Below are positions 32,216-43,328 of a stretch of DNA of 64,000 nucleotides, piece by piece. The DNA lies in contig OZ242010.1 of the NCBI GenBank assembly GCA_965204745.1, positions 3,712,001 to 3,776,000 of the forward strand, written 5' to 3'. Made by a program: the position numbers and the translations under genes. Under the pieces are notes generated by a model. It ran no database searches. It was not told the origin of the DNA and was given only the letters and a program-made list of their open reading frames with translations. Origin of the DNA: Candidatus Latescibacterota bacterium. Lineage in GTDB: Bacteria; Latescibacterota; UBA2968. Positions within the stretch are counted from its first letter, which is position 1. Each line of letters begins with the position of its first letter.

Positions 32216-34231
32216 CTATTTCACCTCGAAAACGGTCTTTCCAACGCCCACATTGCCCAGCGCGTCTTCTGCTTTTACAACGAGCGTATAAGACCCGGGG
32301 TTCAAATTCCGAATGGAAAACTTCAGGGTCTCGGCGGGCGAATCAAAAATCCCATCCGCGGGAAAGACCACTTGCCAATCGCCTGAATTGAGCGAATACG
32401 CGGCCTTGCGAATCGCGGTTGCCGCGTCTGTGATCAAACCGGTAACGGTCGCGGTTGTGCCGCCCTGCGCGACGTTGTGCAACCGCACGCCAGGGGCGGA
32501 ATTGTCGATGTCAAAGGCCGCGCTGACCGCTTCTGCTGTCAAGGCGCGTTCAGGGGGGTTGTCCGCCCGATCCGATGCGATGACCTTCACTTCGACCCGA
32601 CCGTCGGGAACGGCTTCGGTGTACCAAAAAAAGTGCGGCGTCTCCAGCTCGTCTTCCAACAGCCGCCAGTGCGATTCGCCAACACTTCTGAAATACAGGG
32701 CGTAAATCAACGCATCGCCGTTGTCGTCGCCGGCGGCCCAATCGACTTTCCACACGCCGTTGCCCAGCGCATTGCCGTTTTCACCGCCATGGTTAGACGG
32801 GATTGCCTCGGCTTTGATCTGCAAGATCCTGGGGCGAACATTGTCTTGCATGCCCGCGAGTTTGATGGCGCGCAGGCGTGGCGTGGCATTTTCCGATTGC
32901 GTTTTCAGCGTCACCCGATATTGCAAAAACCTGCCCGCACGACTGGCGATCTGCGCCCCCGAGGTGGTGAGCGGCGCCGACCACGCACGCCACGTATCAT
33001 CGGGTTCTGAGCTGTTGCCGGATCGGGTTTGAACGGCGATCGAGGTTTTTGGCGGCGAGTCGTTTTCCCACCACGCGCGGCCCCAGTGCGACACCTGCCC
33101 AAAATCGTGCGGTTCGGACGTGAGTTGCCCCTGGTTGGCAAACCCGTTTTCCAGCCGATAAATGTCGCCGGATCCGCTACACCCAATCCAAAACGCGCCT
33201 TCTCGCGCGGCGACCATGACCCAGGGATTGACGTCTTTTAGGACCGCGAGCAAGGTGGTCTTGCCATCGGGCCAAACCCGATACACATGGCCGCGTTTTC
33301 CGGTCACCACGGTCACCGCGCCATTGGCATCCACCACGGCATCCAACAACATCGGGTCATCGGTTTTCCAAAGCGTTGTCGTCAAACCCGAAGGCCGAAT
33401 CGCGTACAGGGTCGCGCCCGATTGCGCCGCGTCCTTTTTTTGCTCGTTGCCCTCGGCCCGGCTGCCCTGCGCTATCGCGGTCGCGTAAATCGTACCGTCC
33501 GCGCCCACGCCGAGGGCATGAATCTCTTTTTCGCTGGCATCGTAGAGCACATCCGCGCCGCCATCCTCGCGGATTCGATAGACCAACCCGCTGTTGTCCG
33601 TGCCCGCATAAATGTCGCCAGACGCGCCGAGTGCGAGCGACACCACATTGGGATCCTTACTCGCGTAGAGCGCGGTGGCCTCGCCCTTGGCGTCAATGTG
33701 CAACACGCGCCCTCGGTCGCCTCCCGTGCCCGCGTATAACCCGCCGCTCGGACGCGCGACCAAGGCAAACACATGGCTGTCCCCGGTCTGGCAAAATTCA
33801 ACGGGTTCCTCGCCTGCGACCAGGCGGTAAATCAACCCGCCTGGGGACGTGCCCGCGTACACCGCGCCATCCGACCCGACCGCGAGGCTAAAAACGTGAA
33901 CCTCGGCGGAATCAAACACCAATTCCGCTTGGGCTTCGCCGGGCTTGAGCGCGTACACCCGGCCCTCATTCCCGGTTCCGATGTACAGGGTATTGCCCGC
34001 GCCCACCGCGAGTGCCCACGCGAAATCCTCGCCCGTACCTGCCACGCGCTTATGGGCGGGCGCCAGTGTGACCTCGCCCTCGCGCGTGAGCGACACCCCA
34101 TCGGGTTCGCCGCGTTGAAATGCCGCCTGCGAATCCTCGCGCCAAATTTTGGGGGACACGCCCTCGGCCGTCGTCCCGATCAAAAGAGACACCAACAGCG
34201 CCGCCACCGACAGCTTATCGCTTCTGTTCAC
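32216..34231 (-). CDS. Secreted beta-propeller protein with C-terminal Ig/FN3-like domains
   Basis: Signal peptide, repeated G.vYaGT blades, TRSGNS..PD.TW..WS motif; GTG start overlapping the upstream gene. Confidence 0.75.
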   Translation of the reverse strand: MNRSDKLSVAALLVSLLIGTTAEGVSPKIWREDSQAAFQRGEPDGVSLTREGEVTLAPAHKRVAGTGEDFAWALAVGAGNTLYIGTGNEGRVYALKPGEAQAELVFDSAEVHVFSLAVGSDGAVYAGTSPGGLIYRLVAGEEPVEFCQTGDSHVFALVARPSGGLYAGTGGDRGRVLHIDAKGEATALYASKDPNVVSLALGASGDIYAGTDNSGLVYRIREDGGADVLYDASEKEIHALGVGADGTIYATAIAQGSRAEGNEQKKDAAQSGATLYAIRPSGLTTTLWKTDDPMLLDAVVDANGAVTVVTGKRGHVYRVWPDGKTTLLAVLKDVNPWVMVAAREGAFWIGCSGSGDIYRLENGFANQGQLTSEPHDFGQVSHWGRAWWENDSPPKTSIAVQTRSGNSSEPDDTWRAWSAPLTTSGAQIASRAGRFLQYRVTLKTQSENATPRLRAIKLAGMQDNVRPRILQIKAEAIPSNHGGENGNALGNGVWKVDWAAGDDNGDALIYALYFRSVGESHWRLLEDELETPHFFWYTEAVPDGRVEVKVIASDRADNPPERALTAEAVSAAFDIDNSAPGVRLHNVAQGGTTATVTGLITDAATAIRKAAYSLNSGDWQVVFPADGIFDSPAETLKFSIRNLNPGSYTLVVKAEDALGNVGVGKTVFEVK

Positions 34232-35987
34232 CCGAACCTCTCCCGTCGAAAAAAATTGCACCGCCTTCTTTGCCCACGACCAAAATCGCCACTTGGCTTC
34301 CGGTCAGCACGTACTGGGTCATCAATCGCTGTTGACCATAAACCGACTGCTGTGACTTTTGCACCACATCTGACCCACGCGCCAGCGAGAGGGCAGCCAT
34401 CACGGACGCGGGCAATCCGGAAATGGCCCGCCCACCCATGCTCACGCCGGGCGCAGACCCCACAAAGCGCGCGACGAGTGCGTCATTGCGCCCGGGGGTT
34501 TTTATCACTCCTAGCAATTCATCCAGTGTTTTGGGTTGGTAAGACGTGCTCTTCGCGTCTTGCAACCGCTGGTCGCGCTCGTTCACAACTTGCAACATCA
34601 ACCGCCCAGGCCGCATGTACTCGGGAATGGGCAGGGCCACCTCTACCACCTCGCGCTCGCCCAATAACGGCGCCAGCGACACAGAGGCCCGCACCGTATC
34701 GCCCGGGTCGTAGTGCGACCGATCCAAGCGCAACCCCTCGATGCGCGCGCTTTGGGTGCGCTCTTCAACCGATAGTTCAAACACCGCCGAGTCGATATCG
34801 GCCTCGACAAAGGGATTTTGAATCACCTGCGCCAGGGGTTGCGTCAACCCGAGCACGGCTAGCCCAAGGCCCTGCGCGCCCGCGTACTTGTTTTTGATCA
34901 CCACGCTTTCGCGCTCGGGCAGGTGCAATGTCAACTGCCCGACGACCGTGGTTTCGCCGGTCAGTTTTTCCGCAGAGATGAGGGAAGTGGCCACGGCCAT
35001 CCGCACCAACAAAGGCCCGAGTTCGCGGTGGCGAAAGATCTCCATCTTAAACGCAGCGGCGTGGTTGGACGAGGAGATAGAGATCCGCACGGGCATCATC
35101 TCCGCGTCGGCCCCGACCACGCCGGCAATGCCCGGCGCACGGTCTTGCACAACCACGCCGAGGTGTTGAGACGCCGCGCCCAGCTTAAAGGACAGCAACT
35201 GGCTGGAGACCACCTCGTGGATAAACGCGCCCGTCATCGCCATTGCCGTGCGCCCGCCAAACAGCATGGGATGCCCAAACCCCACCACGCGGTTGCCCAC
35301 GCGATGGGTCAGGGTGCCAATGCCCGTCACGCTGAGATCGCCCCGAACCAGTTGCACGCCCAACGGCGCGCCCGGTTCAAACGCCCCCAGGGGCAACGAG
35401 GAGTCCGTGCCGCCGCCGCCCTGCATGGGCAACAAGCCGTATTTTGCCAGCTCGGCGCGAAATTCCTCGGCGATTTGAGGGGCGAATCCCGAAAGCATCA
35501 GCGGGATGGCCACGGGTTTTAAGACGCCGCCGCGCACGCCTGCGATTCGCCCATCCCACGGCGCGGACCCATAAGTCGCACGCGACAGGGTATCGACAGC
35601 CGCGCGCTGGAGCACCGTCATCATCTCGCCAATGGGGGTGATGCCCGCGATGGGCTCTTCGGCAAACGCGCCAATGCTATACCCCACTGCGCCGATCAAT
35701 TTTCCTTCGATATACACCGGGCTACCGCTCATGCCGGCGATGACCCCGGTTCGCGCCAAAGGCCCGCCGGACAGGCGCGCGAGGATCATATCGCTTTTGG
35801 GGCCAAACACATTGCGTAAAACCCCCAAGACCTCAACGCCAAAGGTGTCGATGCGTGTGCCATGAAAAACCGTGCGCCCAACGCCTTTCATGCCGCGCTG
35901 GATGTCCTCGACCGGCAGATACAACTCGGCGCGGCTCGATCCGTACAGCGCGAAGGTGATCAACAATGTCAAAACTCGAGAAATCAT
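34215..35987 (-). CDS. SpoIVB-like peptidase S55 domain protein
   Basis: GVIAGMSGSPVY and FGHPM motifs, signal peptide. Confidence 0.85.
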   Translation of the reverse strand: MISRVLTLLITFALYGSSRAELYLPVEDIQRGMKGVGRTVFHGTRIDTFGVEVLGVLRNVFGPKSDMILARLSGGPLARTGVIAGMSGSPVYIEGKLIGAVGYSIGAFAEEPIAGITPIGEMMTVLQRAAVDTLSRATYGSAPWDGRIAGVRGGVLKPVAIPLMLSGFAPQIAEEFRAELAKYGLLPMQGGGGTDSSLPLGAFEPGAPLGVQLVRGDLSVTGIGTLTHRVGNRVVGFGHPMLFGGRTAMAMTGAFIHEVVSSQLLSFKLGAASQHLGVVVQDRAPGIAGVVGADAEMMPVRISISSSNHAAAFKMEIFRHRELGPLLVRMAVATSLISAEKLTGETTVVGQLTLHLPERESVVIKNKYAGAQGLGLAVLGLTQPLAQVIQNPFVEADIDSAVFELSVEERTQSARIEGLRLDRSHYDPGDTVRASVSLAPLLGEREVVEVALPIPEYMRPGRLMLQVVNERDQRLQDAKSTSYQPKTLDELLGVIKTPGRNDALVARFVGSAPGVSMGGRAISGLPASVMAALSLARGSDVVQKSQQSVYGQQRLMTQYVLTGSQVAILVVGKEGGAIFFDGRGSGEQKR

Positions 35988-36038
35988 GCGTTCACGTTCC
36001 GCGTAAAATGGGGTGGGCGTGCGTTTTGGTATCGCGTT

Positions 36039-36067
36039 ATTATACCGATTTTTCGGGCCGTGAACAA
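36039..36067 (-). promoter_or_regulatory. Sigma70-like promoter of the S55-rib-nusB operon
   Basis: Minus strand TTGTTC, 17-nt spacer, TATAAT. Confidence 0.55.
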
Positions 36068-36180
36068 GTTTCTTGTGAAACGCATCAAACCGGCGTATCA
36101 TCAAAAAAGCGATCCTCATTCAGCGACCTGCCGATCCAATGGATGGAAAGTTGACCACTGACTGCTGACCGCTTAATCCG

Positions 36181-36422
36181 CCCGGGGGCGGGCAACTCAC
36201 ACAGCCGGGGAGAGATGATTCTGCACCGAGGAATCCGGCTGCGTTGAGCGCGTCTCGCCCCCGGGTTTTTTGTTTCAAAACCTAAATGGCGAGTTTGCTT
36301 TGGAGCATGTTGATGATATGGGGAAAAGAAGGGTGGCATTCAGATGACGGAGAATATCCGATGGGGAATCGGTGTCACCTTTCTGACTCGGCGGGGGGTC
36401 GACGAGTTTTTCTTTTTTAGAC
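36181..36422 (-). ncRNA. Candidate structured sRNA
   Basis: Own promoter (TTGACC-17-TATCTT at 36457-36429), hairpins with C-rich loops, ~85-nt terminal hairpin, no credible ORF. Confidence 0.35.
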
Positions 36423-36559
36423 AGCCTTAAGATAGGCCATTGTTTTTTTTAGGTCAAGAGTCGTTTTTGAGAAGGCAGCGAAAGGCGAATACAACTGGCG
36501 CCCAGCGAGTTCAAAGGCGCGAAAGGGGTTGATCGCGGATCGCGGATCACTGCCTCTGT

Positions 36560-38440
36560 TCAGCGTCGGCTTGCCCGAAGCGGTGGATCGATGCCCTGTT
36601 TCAAAAAGCGGACGAACACATCCACGTCGCGCGTCATCCCCGGAAAGTGGGCGATCTCTTCGCCATCCGGCGACAGAACGGCGTACAAAGGCAGGGCCAC
36701 CGTGCCGAAGCGCGCTTCTTGCAAATCGCGGTTGCGCTTGTATTTCTCTCCTCTGCCGTCTGTGTAGAGTTGTAAGCGCACGAATTGTTTGAGCAAGGCA
36801 TGCACCTCTTTTTCTGGAAAAATATTGGCCTCCATCCAGCGGCAATTCGTACACGCATAGCCCGTAAAGTCGATGAACACGGGTTTGCGCGCGGCCTGTG
36901 CTTCTGCCAAAGCGGCCTCGTAATCATCGCGCCATGTCAACTCGGGTTCGCCGCTCCTGATTTTCGCAATTTCGCCATAGCTGCCATAAGGCGGGAAAAA
37001 TGCGTCCCATTCGCCCAAGGGCGCGCCCAAAAGGCCCGTCATCAAATACAGCCCAAAGGCCAGACAACCACTGCTCGCCAACAAGCGCAGGGGGCCAATC
37101 GCGTCCAGCGGGGAATCGTGGGGCAAGCGGATTTTGCCGAGCAAATACATGCCGCACAGCAAAAAGATGGCGACCCAGCCCGCGATGAAAAGCTCGCGCG
37201 ACAGAATGCCCCATTGCCACACGAGATCGACATTGCTCAAAAATTTCAATGCGGCGGCCAATTCCAAAAAGCCCATCACCACCTTCACGGAATTGAGCCA
37301 ACCGCCGCTTTGGGGCAGTGCGGAAAGCGTTTGCGGAAAGAGTGCCAAAAAGAAAAACGGCGCGGCAAACGCGGTCGAAAACGCGAGCATGCCCAAAATC
37401 GGCCACGCCCATGTGCCCTGTGCGGTGAGCACCAACAACGTGCCGACAAAGGGCGCGGTACACGTAAATGAGGTAAGCGAAAACGTGAACCCCATGATCA
37501 AAATCGCGCCGTAGCTGCCGCCCTGCACTTGGTTCAACTTGTTGAGCAACCCGTAGGGCAAGCGGATTTCAAACAGGCCGAACAGGGCGAGGGCGAATGC
37601 CACAAAAATCCCGGTGATCAACAAATTGATCCAGGGATTGGCTGCAAATTGCGCGGCGCCCGAAGCCCCCAAAGTCGCGGCCAACACCATCCCCAGCCCG
37701 GTAAACGTGAAAACGATGCCCCCGCAATAGGCCAGTGATTTGGCGATAGACTCGCGCCGGCTCTGGATTTCCTGCTTGGTGAAAAACGACACGGTAATCG
37801 GAATCATGGGAAATACGCAAGGCGTGAGCAGGGCCAAAAAGCCCATGGACAAAGACAGGTACAAAAACGCGCCCAATCCCTGCGTGATCGCGCGCCCCAC
37901 ATCGGCCACGCTGCCCGTGCCATCTAGCGGTACGTCAGCAACAGCGGAGAATGTGTACTCGGCCCGCGCGGCCCCGGCTTCCACAGTCACGGGGATTTCA
38001 AAAACGTGCGTCTCGGGCGGCAAACACTGCGTAGCATTGCACAGCATGTAGGTTATCTCACCCGCCAGGGTCTTCACCCCAGGCGCGCCTTCTGCCACCT
38101 CGGCCCGCATTCCAAATCGCACTTCGGTGTGGTAGTATTCCACATCCATGTCAAAATTTGGATCGCGTTCCACTATCGGCTCGGGCTGAATCGCCCGGCC
38201 CACCTGCCGAAATCCCGCGCCCGACAGAACAATTTCCGTGGGGATCGGCCCGCCCGGGGGCAGAGTCGTGGAATAAATATGCCAATCGCCGGACAGGGAC
38301 ACATCGATCCAAACCGTGACCGCCTCGCCCACGCGCGCCACTTTGGGGTCAACCGAAATGCCAAACGCCGCCTCATCCTGCGCCCTCGCGGCGCTGATCT
38401 GAAGGGCCATCAAAATACATGCTGCGATAAAAGTACGCAT
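36560..38440 (-). CDS. dsbD: Thiol:disulfide interchange protein DsbD
   Basis: CNATQC in the N domain, LTPCVFPMIP, CTAP and a thioredoxin CTNC. Confidence 0.9.
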   Translation of the reverse strand: MRTFIAACILMALQISAARAQDEAAFGISVDPKVARVGEAVTVWIDVSLSGDWHIYSTTLPPGGPIPTEIVLSGAGFRQVGRAIQPEPIVERDPNFDMDVEYYHTEVRFGMRAEVAEGAPGVKTLAGEITYMLCNATQCLPPETHVFEIPVTVEAGAARAEYTFSAVADVPLDGTGSVADVGRAITQGLGAFLYLSLSMGFLALLTPCVFPMIPITVSFFTKQEIQSRRESIAKSLAYCGGIVFTFTGLGMVLAATLGASGAAQFAANPWINLLITGIFVAFALALFGLFEIRLPYGLLNKLNQVQGGSYGAILIMGFTFSLTSFTCTAPFVGTLLVLTAQGTWAWPILGMLAFSTAFAAPFFFLALFPQTLSALPQSGGWLNSVKVVMGFLELAAALKFLSNVDLVWQWGILSRELFIAGWVAIFLLCGMYLLGKIRLPHDSPLDAIGPLRLLASSGCLAFGLYLMTGLLGAPLGEWDAFFPPYGSYGEIAKIRSGEPELTWRDDYEAALAEAQAARKPVFIDFTGYACTNCRWMEANIFPEKEVHALLKQFVRLQLYTDGRGEKYKRNRDLQEARFGTVALPLYAVLSPDGEEIAHFPGMTRDVDVFVRFLKQGIDPPLRASRR

Positions 38441-38461
38441 ATTGTTCTCCTTGGTCAGTGG

Positions 38462-41400
38462 TCAGTCCGCCCTACCGCAAGCCCTTTCCCTTTTTATCAC
38501 GAGAAGCGTGACGTCGTCTGTCTGTGCGGAGGAGGCTCGGAATTGAAGCAAGTCGTCTATCACGGTATCGATCAGGGTGCTGGCATCCTCATGGGCGTGT
38601 TTTTTGAGTAGGGCTTCCAACCGCGCTTCTTCGTAAAAATCGCCCGCGGCATTTTGCATATCCGTCACCCCGTCGCTGTAAAGCACCAGCATATCGCCCG
38701 CGTCTAATGAGATATGCGTCCCTTTGGGATCCGTATTGACCTCGGGGGGCAAGGTCATGCCCAAGGGCACGGACATCAATTCGACCATGTGCAACTGCCC
38801 GGCCGCAGAGACGTGATAGGGATAGGGATGCCCTGCATTGGCCAAAACGACCTTCCCATTCTGCAAATACAGCGTGCCCAAGCAGCAGGTCACAAAACTC
38901 GCCGCGTCGAATTGCTCTTGCAAAACCGCGTTCAAATTCCGCAACACATCTAGCGGAGGGCGTTCCGCACGCGCCTCGTAGTGTAGCATCCCGCTCAACT
39001 GCATGGCCCGCACCGCGCCTTGCATGGCTTTGCCGGACACATCGGCGGCGCCGAATCCCAGAATTTGCCGGTCGTCGTCCAGCCAGAAATACGTGAAATA
39101 ATCCCCGCCGACGTGATTGGCGGGCAGGCATCTGCCCACCACCTCAAAGCCCTGTTCGCGCACGGGGTCTCGGGGCAACAGGCCCATCTGCATATCGTGG
39201 GCTTCTTGGAGTTCCGTCTCCAATTCTTCGATCAAGCGCGCCTGTGCTATGCGCCAGCGTTTGTGCTTTTGAAACGCATATCCGGTCGTGACCAAGACGA
39301 TGAGCAGCGAAAACCCGCTCAATCCCACAAACCATGGTCGTTGCCACACCGGGGCCAAAACTTCAAACTCCTGCACGACCGGGGTCGCATCCACATTAAA
39401 AGCCAGGTCCATAGCGCGCACTTCGAGGTCGTGTTTGCCGGCATCGAGGTTTTCCAACAACACGCGGTTGTTGCGCGAAAACGAGGACCACGCGCCCTGG
39501 TTGAGCCGCCATGCGTATTGCAAGGACCGGTCGGGCGTTTGCTTCCACACATCTTGTCCCGCAAATTCAAACAGCGCGTTTTGGTACGGCGCGATCTGCA
39601 CGGGCGGGGCCAAAAGCAGGGTTTCGGGGGCGTCTCTATCCGGGCGATAATGGGCCAATCCGCCGGCCGTCGCAAACCAGAGGTGGCCTTCGGCATCTTG
39701 CCCCACATCCCAAACCAGGGTGCTGGGCAACCCCTCTTGAACCGTATAGCGCACCCAGGCAAAACCATCCGTGTGAATCGCGCCATCGATAGACGACGCC
39801 AGCCAAACCGTGCCATCGTCCGCCGGGAAAATGCGCGTGACCCCATTGAACTGCGCCTGATTCGCGCCCGGCACGCGCCGCCATCGCTGCCCATTGAAAT
39901 GCGCCACGCCTTCGAGCGGCGAACTGATCCAAACGCGCCCGCCAATATCTTCGGCAACCGCGTTGATCGGGCCTTCGGGGATGCCATCGGCAAGCGTGTA
40001 TTTGCGCGGTTCGCCATCCGCCACATGCAACACGCCATCCATCTGCCCTATCCACAGCGCGCCATCGCTGGCCTCGCAAATCGAAATGCCATTGAGAGTG
40101 CCCGCCATCTGCGCCAAGCCGCGCACGGCAGCTGGGATGGTCCACGTCTGCCCATCAAAGCGATAAATGCCCGAGCGCGCGATGATCCACACGCCGCCAT
40201 CTTGCGCGGGACACACGGCGCGCATGGTCGATCCCCTGAGATGGTCGGGGGTTATCACCTGCCATGAGTCGCCGTCATAGCGCGCCAACTGATACGGGGT
40301 CGCGCCCCAAAGATCGCCCTTGCTATCGACAAACAGATCGAGCAGCCGCCCGCGCGTCTCGCGGTCTAAGTCATACACCTGATGCCATGCGTCTCGATCA
40401 AATTTGTACAGGGCGTCATTGCCGACCCAAAGTTGACCAGCGTCGCCGAGGGCGAACAACGCCATGCCGCGATCATCCATCCCCGGCCAGTTGCGATGGT
40501 GTTGCCATCCCGACAGCCCCAAGCGCGCAACGCCGCCGCGCGTGCCCACCCATACCGCGCCATCCGCAGCAATGCAAATATCGACCACATAGCTGTTGGG
40601 CAACCCCTCGCGTTCTGCAAAGCTATGCCATTGCCCGCGTGCATCTCGAAACGCCGCGCCGGCCGGCGTGCCGATCCACATGCCGTCTTTTGCAAAGCGG
40701 ATCACCTGCACGCGGTTGGAGGGCAAGCCGTGCGCGGTCGTGAACCCGTCCCAGTTGCCCCGATGATACCGCTTAAGCCCGGCCGCGCGCGTGCCAAACC
40801 ACACCGCGCCATCCGCACTGCGCGCCATCGCCAACACGGACACATCGACCAAAGTGTCCATGGCTGCAATGGGTTTCAAAACGCCCGTATCCATATCCAA
40901 CAAGTCCATGCCTTGCATGCCGTTTAGACCACCCACTTGCCGCGTTCCCCGTGCGGGCCTGCGGGGCCGGCGTTCTGCATCCATGAAACCGCCGCGTCCC
41001 CTGCGACCGCCTGGACCATCCGCGTCTCGAAAACCGCCGCGCCTGCCTCGGCCCGCCGCGTCGCCCGGTCCCATACCGGGGCCCAACAAGGCATTCCCGC
41101 CGCGTCCGCCATACGCGACCCAGACCTTGTCATTGGCGTCGGCCATCAGGCTTTGCACGCCTTGAATCGGGCGACCGTCGCGTGTCACCACATCCAATTT
41201 CGCGCCGGTAAGGCGCAACAGGCGGCCGTCATCTGTCACAAAACAGACGCGATTTCTGCCCAGCGCCAAGATGTGGCGCACGCCCACCTGCCCCAACCAC
41301 TCTGGCCCATCGATGCCCCGCCACTCGTTTTGAGAAAAATGAGCGAGTGCCTGTTGGGGTTGGCGGTCGAGGCGGCGGCCCAATGCGGCCCAAACCTCGT

Positions 41401-41689
41401 TGTCGGACGTGGCGACCAGATCTAAAACCGCGTTTCCCGGCAGGCCATCTTCAACGCCATAAGTCTTCCAAACGCGGCCGTCATAGCGCGACACGCCGCC
41501 CAAGGTGGCAAACCACATGGCCCCATCTGGCGTTTGCACAACCGTCGTCACCACATTGTGCGCCAGCCCGTCTTCTTGCCGAAAAGCCGTCCACACGCGC
41601 TGGGCCTCGCCCGCAAAACTTTCGCTGTCAAATAAAAACAACCCGACGAGCACCCAACTGAAAAGCGTCTTCAATTTTTGACCGCCCAT
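38462..41689 (-). CDS. Periplasmic beta-propeller sensor + TM + SpoIIE/PP2C phosphatase
   Basis: DGL/GLPS propeller repeats, Y_Y_Y-like domain, VGGDY, DVSGK, SDG and DDVT motifs. Confidence 0.88.
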   Translation of the reverse strand: MGGQKLKTLFSWVLVGLFLFDSESFAGEAQRVWTAFRQEDGLAHNVVTTVVQTPDGAMWFATLGGVSRYDGRVWKTYGVEDGLPGNAVLDLVATSDNEVWAALGRRLDRQPQQALAHFSQNEWRGIDGPEWLGQVGVRHILALGRNRVCFVTDDGRLLRLTGAKLDVVTRDGRPIQGVQSLMADANDKVWVAYGGRGGNALLGPGMGPGDAAGRGRRGGFRDADGPGGRRGRGGFMDAERRPRRPARGTRQVGGLNGMQGMDLLDMDTGVLKPIAAMDTLVDVSVLAMARSADGAVWFGTRAAGLKRYHRGNWDGFTTAHGLPSNRVQVIRFAKDGMWIGTPAGAAFRDARGQWHSFAEREGLPNSYVVDICIAADGAVWVGTRGGVARLGLSGWQHHRNWPGMDDRGMALFALGDAGQLWVGNDALYKFDRDAWHQVYDLDRETRGRLLDLFVDSKGDLWGATPYQLARYDGDSWQVITPDHLRGSTMRAVCPAQDGGVWIIARSGIYRFDGQTWTIPAAVRGLAQMAGTLNGISICEASDGALWIGQMDGVLHVADGEPRKYTLADGIPEGPINAVAEDIGGRVWISSPLEGVAHFNGQRWRRVPGANQAQFNGVTRIFPADDGTVWLASSIDGAIHTDGFAWVRYTVQEGLPSTLVWDVGQDAEGHLWFATAGGLAHYRPDRDAPETLLLAPPVQIAPYQNALFEFAGQDVWKQTPDRSLQYAWRLNQGAWSSFSRNNRVLLENLDAGKHDLEVRAMDLAFNVDATPVVQEFEVLAPVWQRPWFVGLSGFSLLIVLVTTGYAFQKHKRWRIAQARLIEELETELQEAHDMQMGLLPRDPVREQGFEVVGRCLPANHVGGDYFTYFWLDDDRQILGFGAADVSGKAMQGAVRAMQLSGMLHYEARAERPPLDVLRNLNAVLQEQFDAASFVTCCLGTLYLQNGKVVLANAGHPYPYHVSAAGQLHMVELMSVPLGMTLPPEVNTDPKGTHISLDAGDMLVLYSDGVTDMQNAAGDFYEEARLEALLKKHAHEDASTLIDTVIDDLLQFRASSAQTDDVTLLVIKRERACGRAD

Positions 41690-41915
41690 TCACACACTCC
41701 TTCAAAATTCATATCGCGTCAATACCCGTGCATCGCCATTTTGTCGCGCTTGCTATCTCAAGTGCCATGCGCTATGTTGACAAATCGCAGATTAGCCGAA
41801 GTGATCGTATCGGTATGGCGTTTGCCCTTCGTGGATCTTAGACCTAACATTTACAAATGGAGTTCCTAAAGCACTTCGCGTCCTTCGCGGATCACCTTTA
41901 TCGAGGAGTTTTTTT

Positions 41916-43328
41916 ATGCCTACGGATCGTCCCAACATCCTCTTCATCATGTCTGACGACCACGCATCGCATGCGATGAGTTGTTACGACAGCCGCATCA
42001 ACCAGACGCCCAACCTCGACCGCATTGCAAACGAGGGCATGCGTTTTGACAACTGCTTTTGCACCAACTCGATTTGTGCTCCCAGCCGTGCGGTCATCCT
42101 CACCGGCACGTACAACCACATCAACGGCGTCACCACGCTGGCGACCCATCTCGACGGCAGGCAACTCACCTTTCCCAAACTGCTCCAACGCGCGGGCTAT
42201 CAAACCGCCATGATCGGCAAGTGGCATCTCGGTCACGGTGGGATTCACGACCCCACCGGCTTTGACTACTGGAATGTGTTGCCCGGGCAGGGCTTGTACC
42301 ACGACCCCAAAATGATGGAAATGGGCGAGGAAAAGGTCTATGAGGGCTATGTCACGGACATCATCACGGACTTGAGCCTCGACTGGCTCAAAGCGCGGGA
42401 CACCAACCGGCCGTTCATGCTCATGTATCACCACAAGGCACCCCATCGGGCTTGGGAGCCAGACGAGAAACACGCCCACCTGTACGAAGACGAGGACATT
42501 CCCGAACCCGAAACCCTGTGGGACGATTACAGCAACCGCGCCAGTGCGGCCAAAGCCGCCAAGATGCGCGTTGACCGCGACATGAACGAAAGAGACCTCA
42601 AGGGATTGCCCCCTGAGGGCCTCACGCCCGAAGAAGACAAAAAATGGAAGTACCAGCGTTATATCAAAGACTACCTGCGCTGTGTGGCGTCTGTTGACGA
42701 CAATGTGGGGCGCGTGCTCGACTATCTCGATGCGGAGGGCCTCGCCGACAATACCATCGTCATTTACACGTCTGACCAAGGCTTTTTCCTGGGCGACCAC
42801 GGTTGGTACGACAAGCGATTTATGTACGAGGAATCGCTGCGGATGCCGTTCATCATTCGCTATCCCAAAGAGATCGAACCCGGCGGTGTCAATCCCGACA
42901 TGATCCTCAATGTCGATTTTGCCCCCACCTTTCTCGACTACGCGGGGATCGACATTCCCGAGACCTTTCAGGGATCGAGCATCCGTCCCTTGCTCAACCG
43001 CGAAACCCCCGACGGTTGGCAAACCTCGATGTATTATCGCTATTGGATGCACTTGTCACACCACGGCGTTTATGCCCATTACGGCGTTCGCACCCACGAG
43101 TACAAACTCATCTACTACTACGCTGATGGCCTGCAACAAAAAGGGTCTGTCGAAGATACCAAAGAACCCGAATGGGAACTTTTCGATCTCGAAAAAGACC
43201 CCCATGAACTCAACGATGTGTACGACAATCCCGAATACGCCGAGGTCGTGCGCGAACTCAAAGACGAACTCCACCGCCTCCAAGCCAAGGTGCAAGACGA
43301 GCGTTATTCAAAGGATGTGGAAGCGTGA
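41916..43328 (+). CDS. Formylglycine-dependent sulfatase
   Basis: [21 protein letters not shown] and SDQG motifs. Confidence 0.95.
   Translation: MPTDRPNILFIMSDDHASHAMSCYDSRINQTPNLDRIANEGMRFDNCFCTNSICAPSRAVILTGTYNHINGVTTLATHLDGRQLTFPKLLQRAGYQTAMIGKWHLGHGGIHDPTGFDYWNVLPGQGLYHDPKMMEMGEEKVYEGYVTDIITDLSLDWLKARDTNRPFMLMYHHKAPHRAWEPDEKHAHLYEDEDIPEPETLWDDYSNRASAAKAAKMRVDRDMNERDLKGLPPEGLTPEEDKKWKYQRYIKDYLRCVASVDDNVGRVLDYLDAEGLADNTIVIYTSDQGFFLGDHGWYDKRFMYEESLRMPFIIRYPKEIEPGGVNPDMILNVDFAPTFLDYAGIDIPETFQGSSIRPLLNRETPDGWQTSMYYRYWMHLSHHGVYAHYGVRTHEYKLIYYYADGLQQKGSVEDTKEPEWELFDLEKDPHELNDVYDNPEYAEVVRELKDELHRLQAKVQDERYSKDVEA

Noticed and set aside
36181-36265. Long hairpin as SRP (4.5S) or 6S RNA
   Set aside because: No helix-8 CAGG..GNRA..AGCAG motif on either strand, and too short for 6S
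35990-36460. FMN riboswitch upstream of the rib operon
   Set aside because: The conserved AGGGC.GGGTGAAATTCCC.ACCGGCGGT pattern was not found
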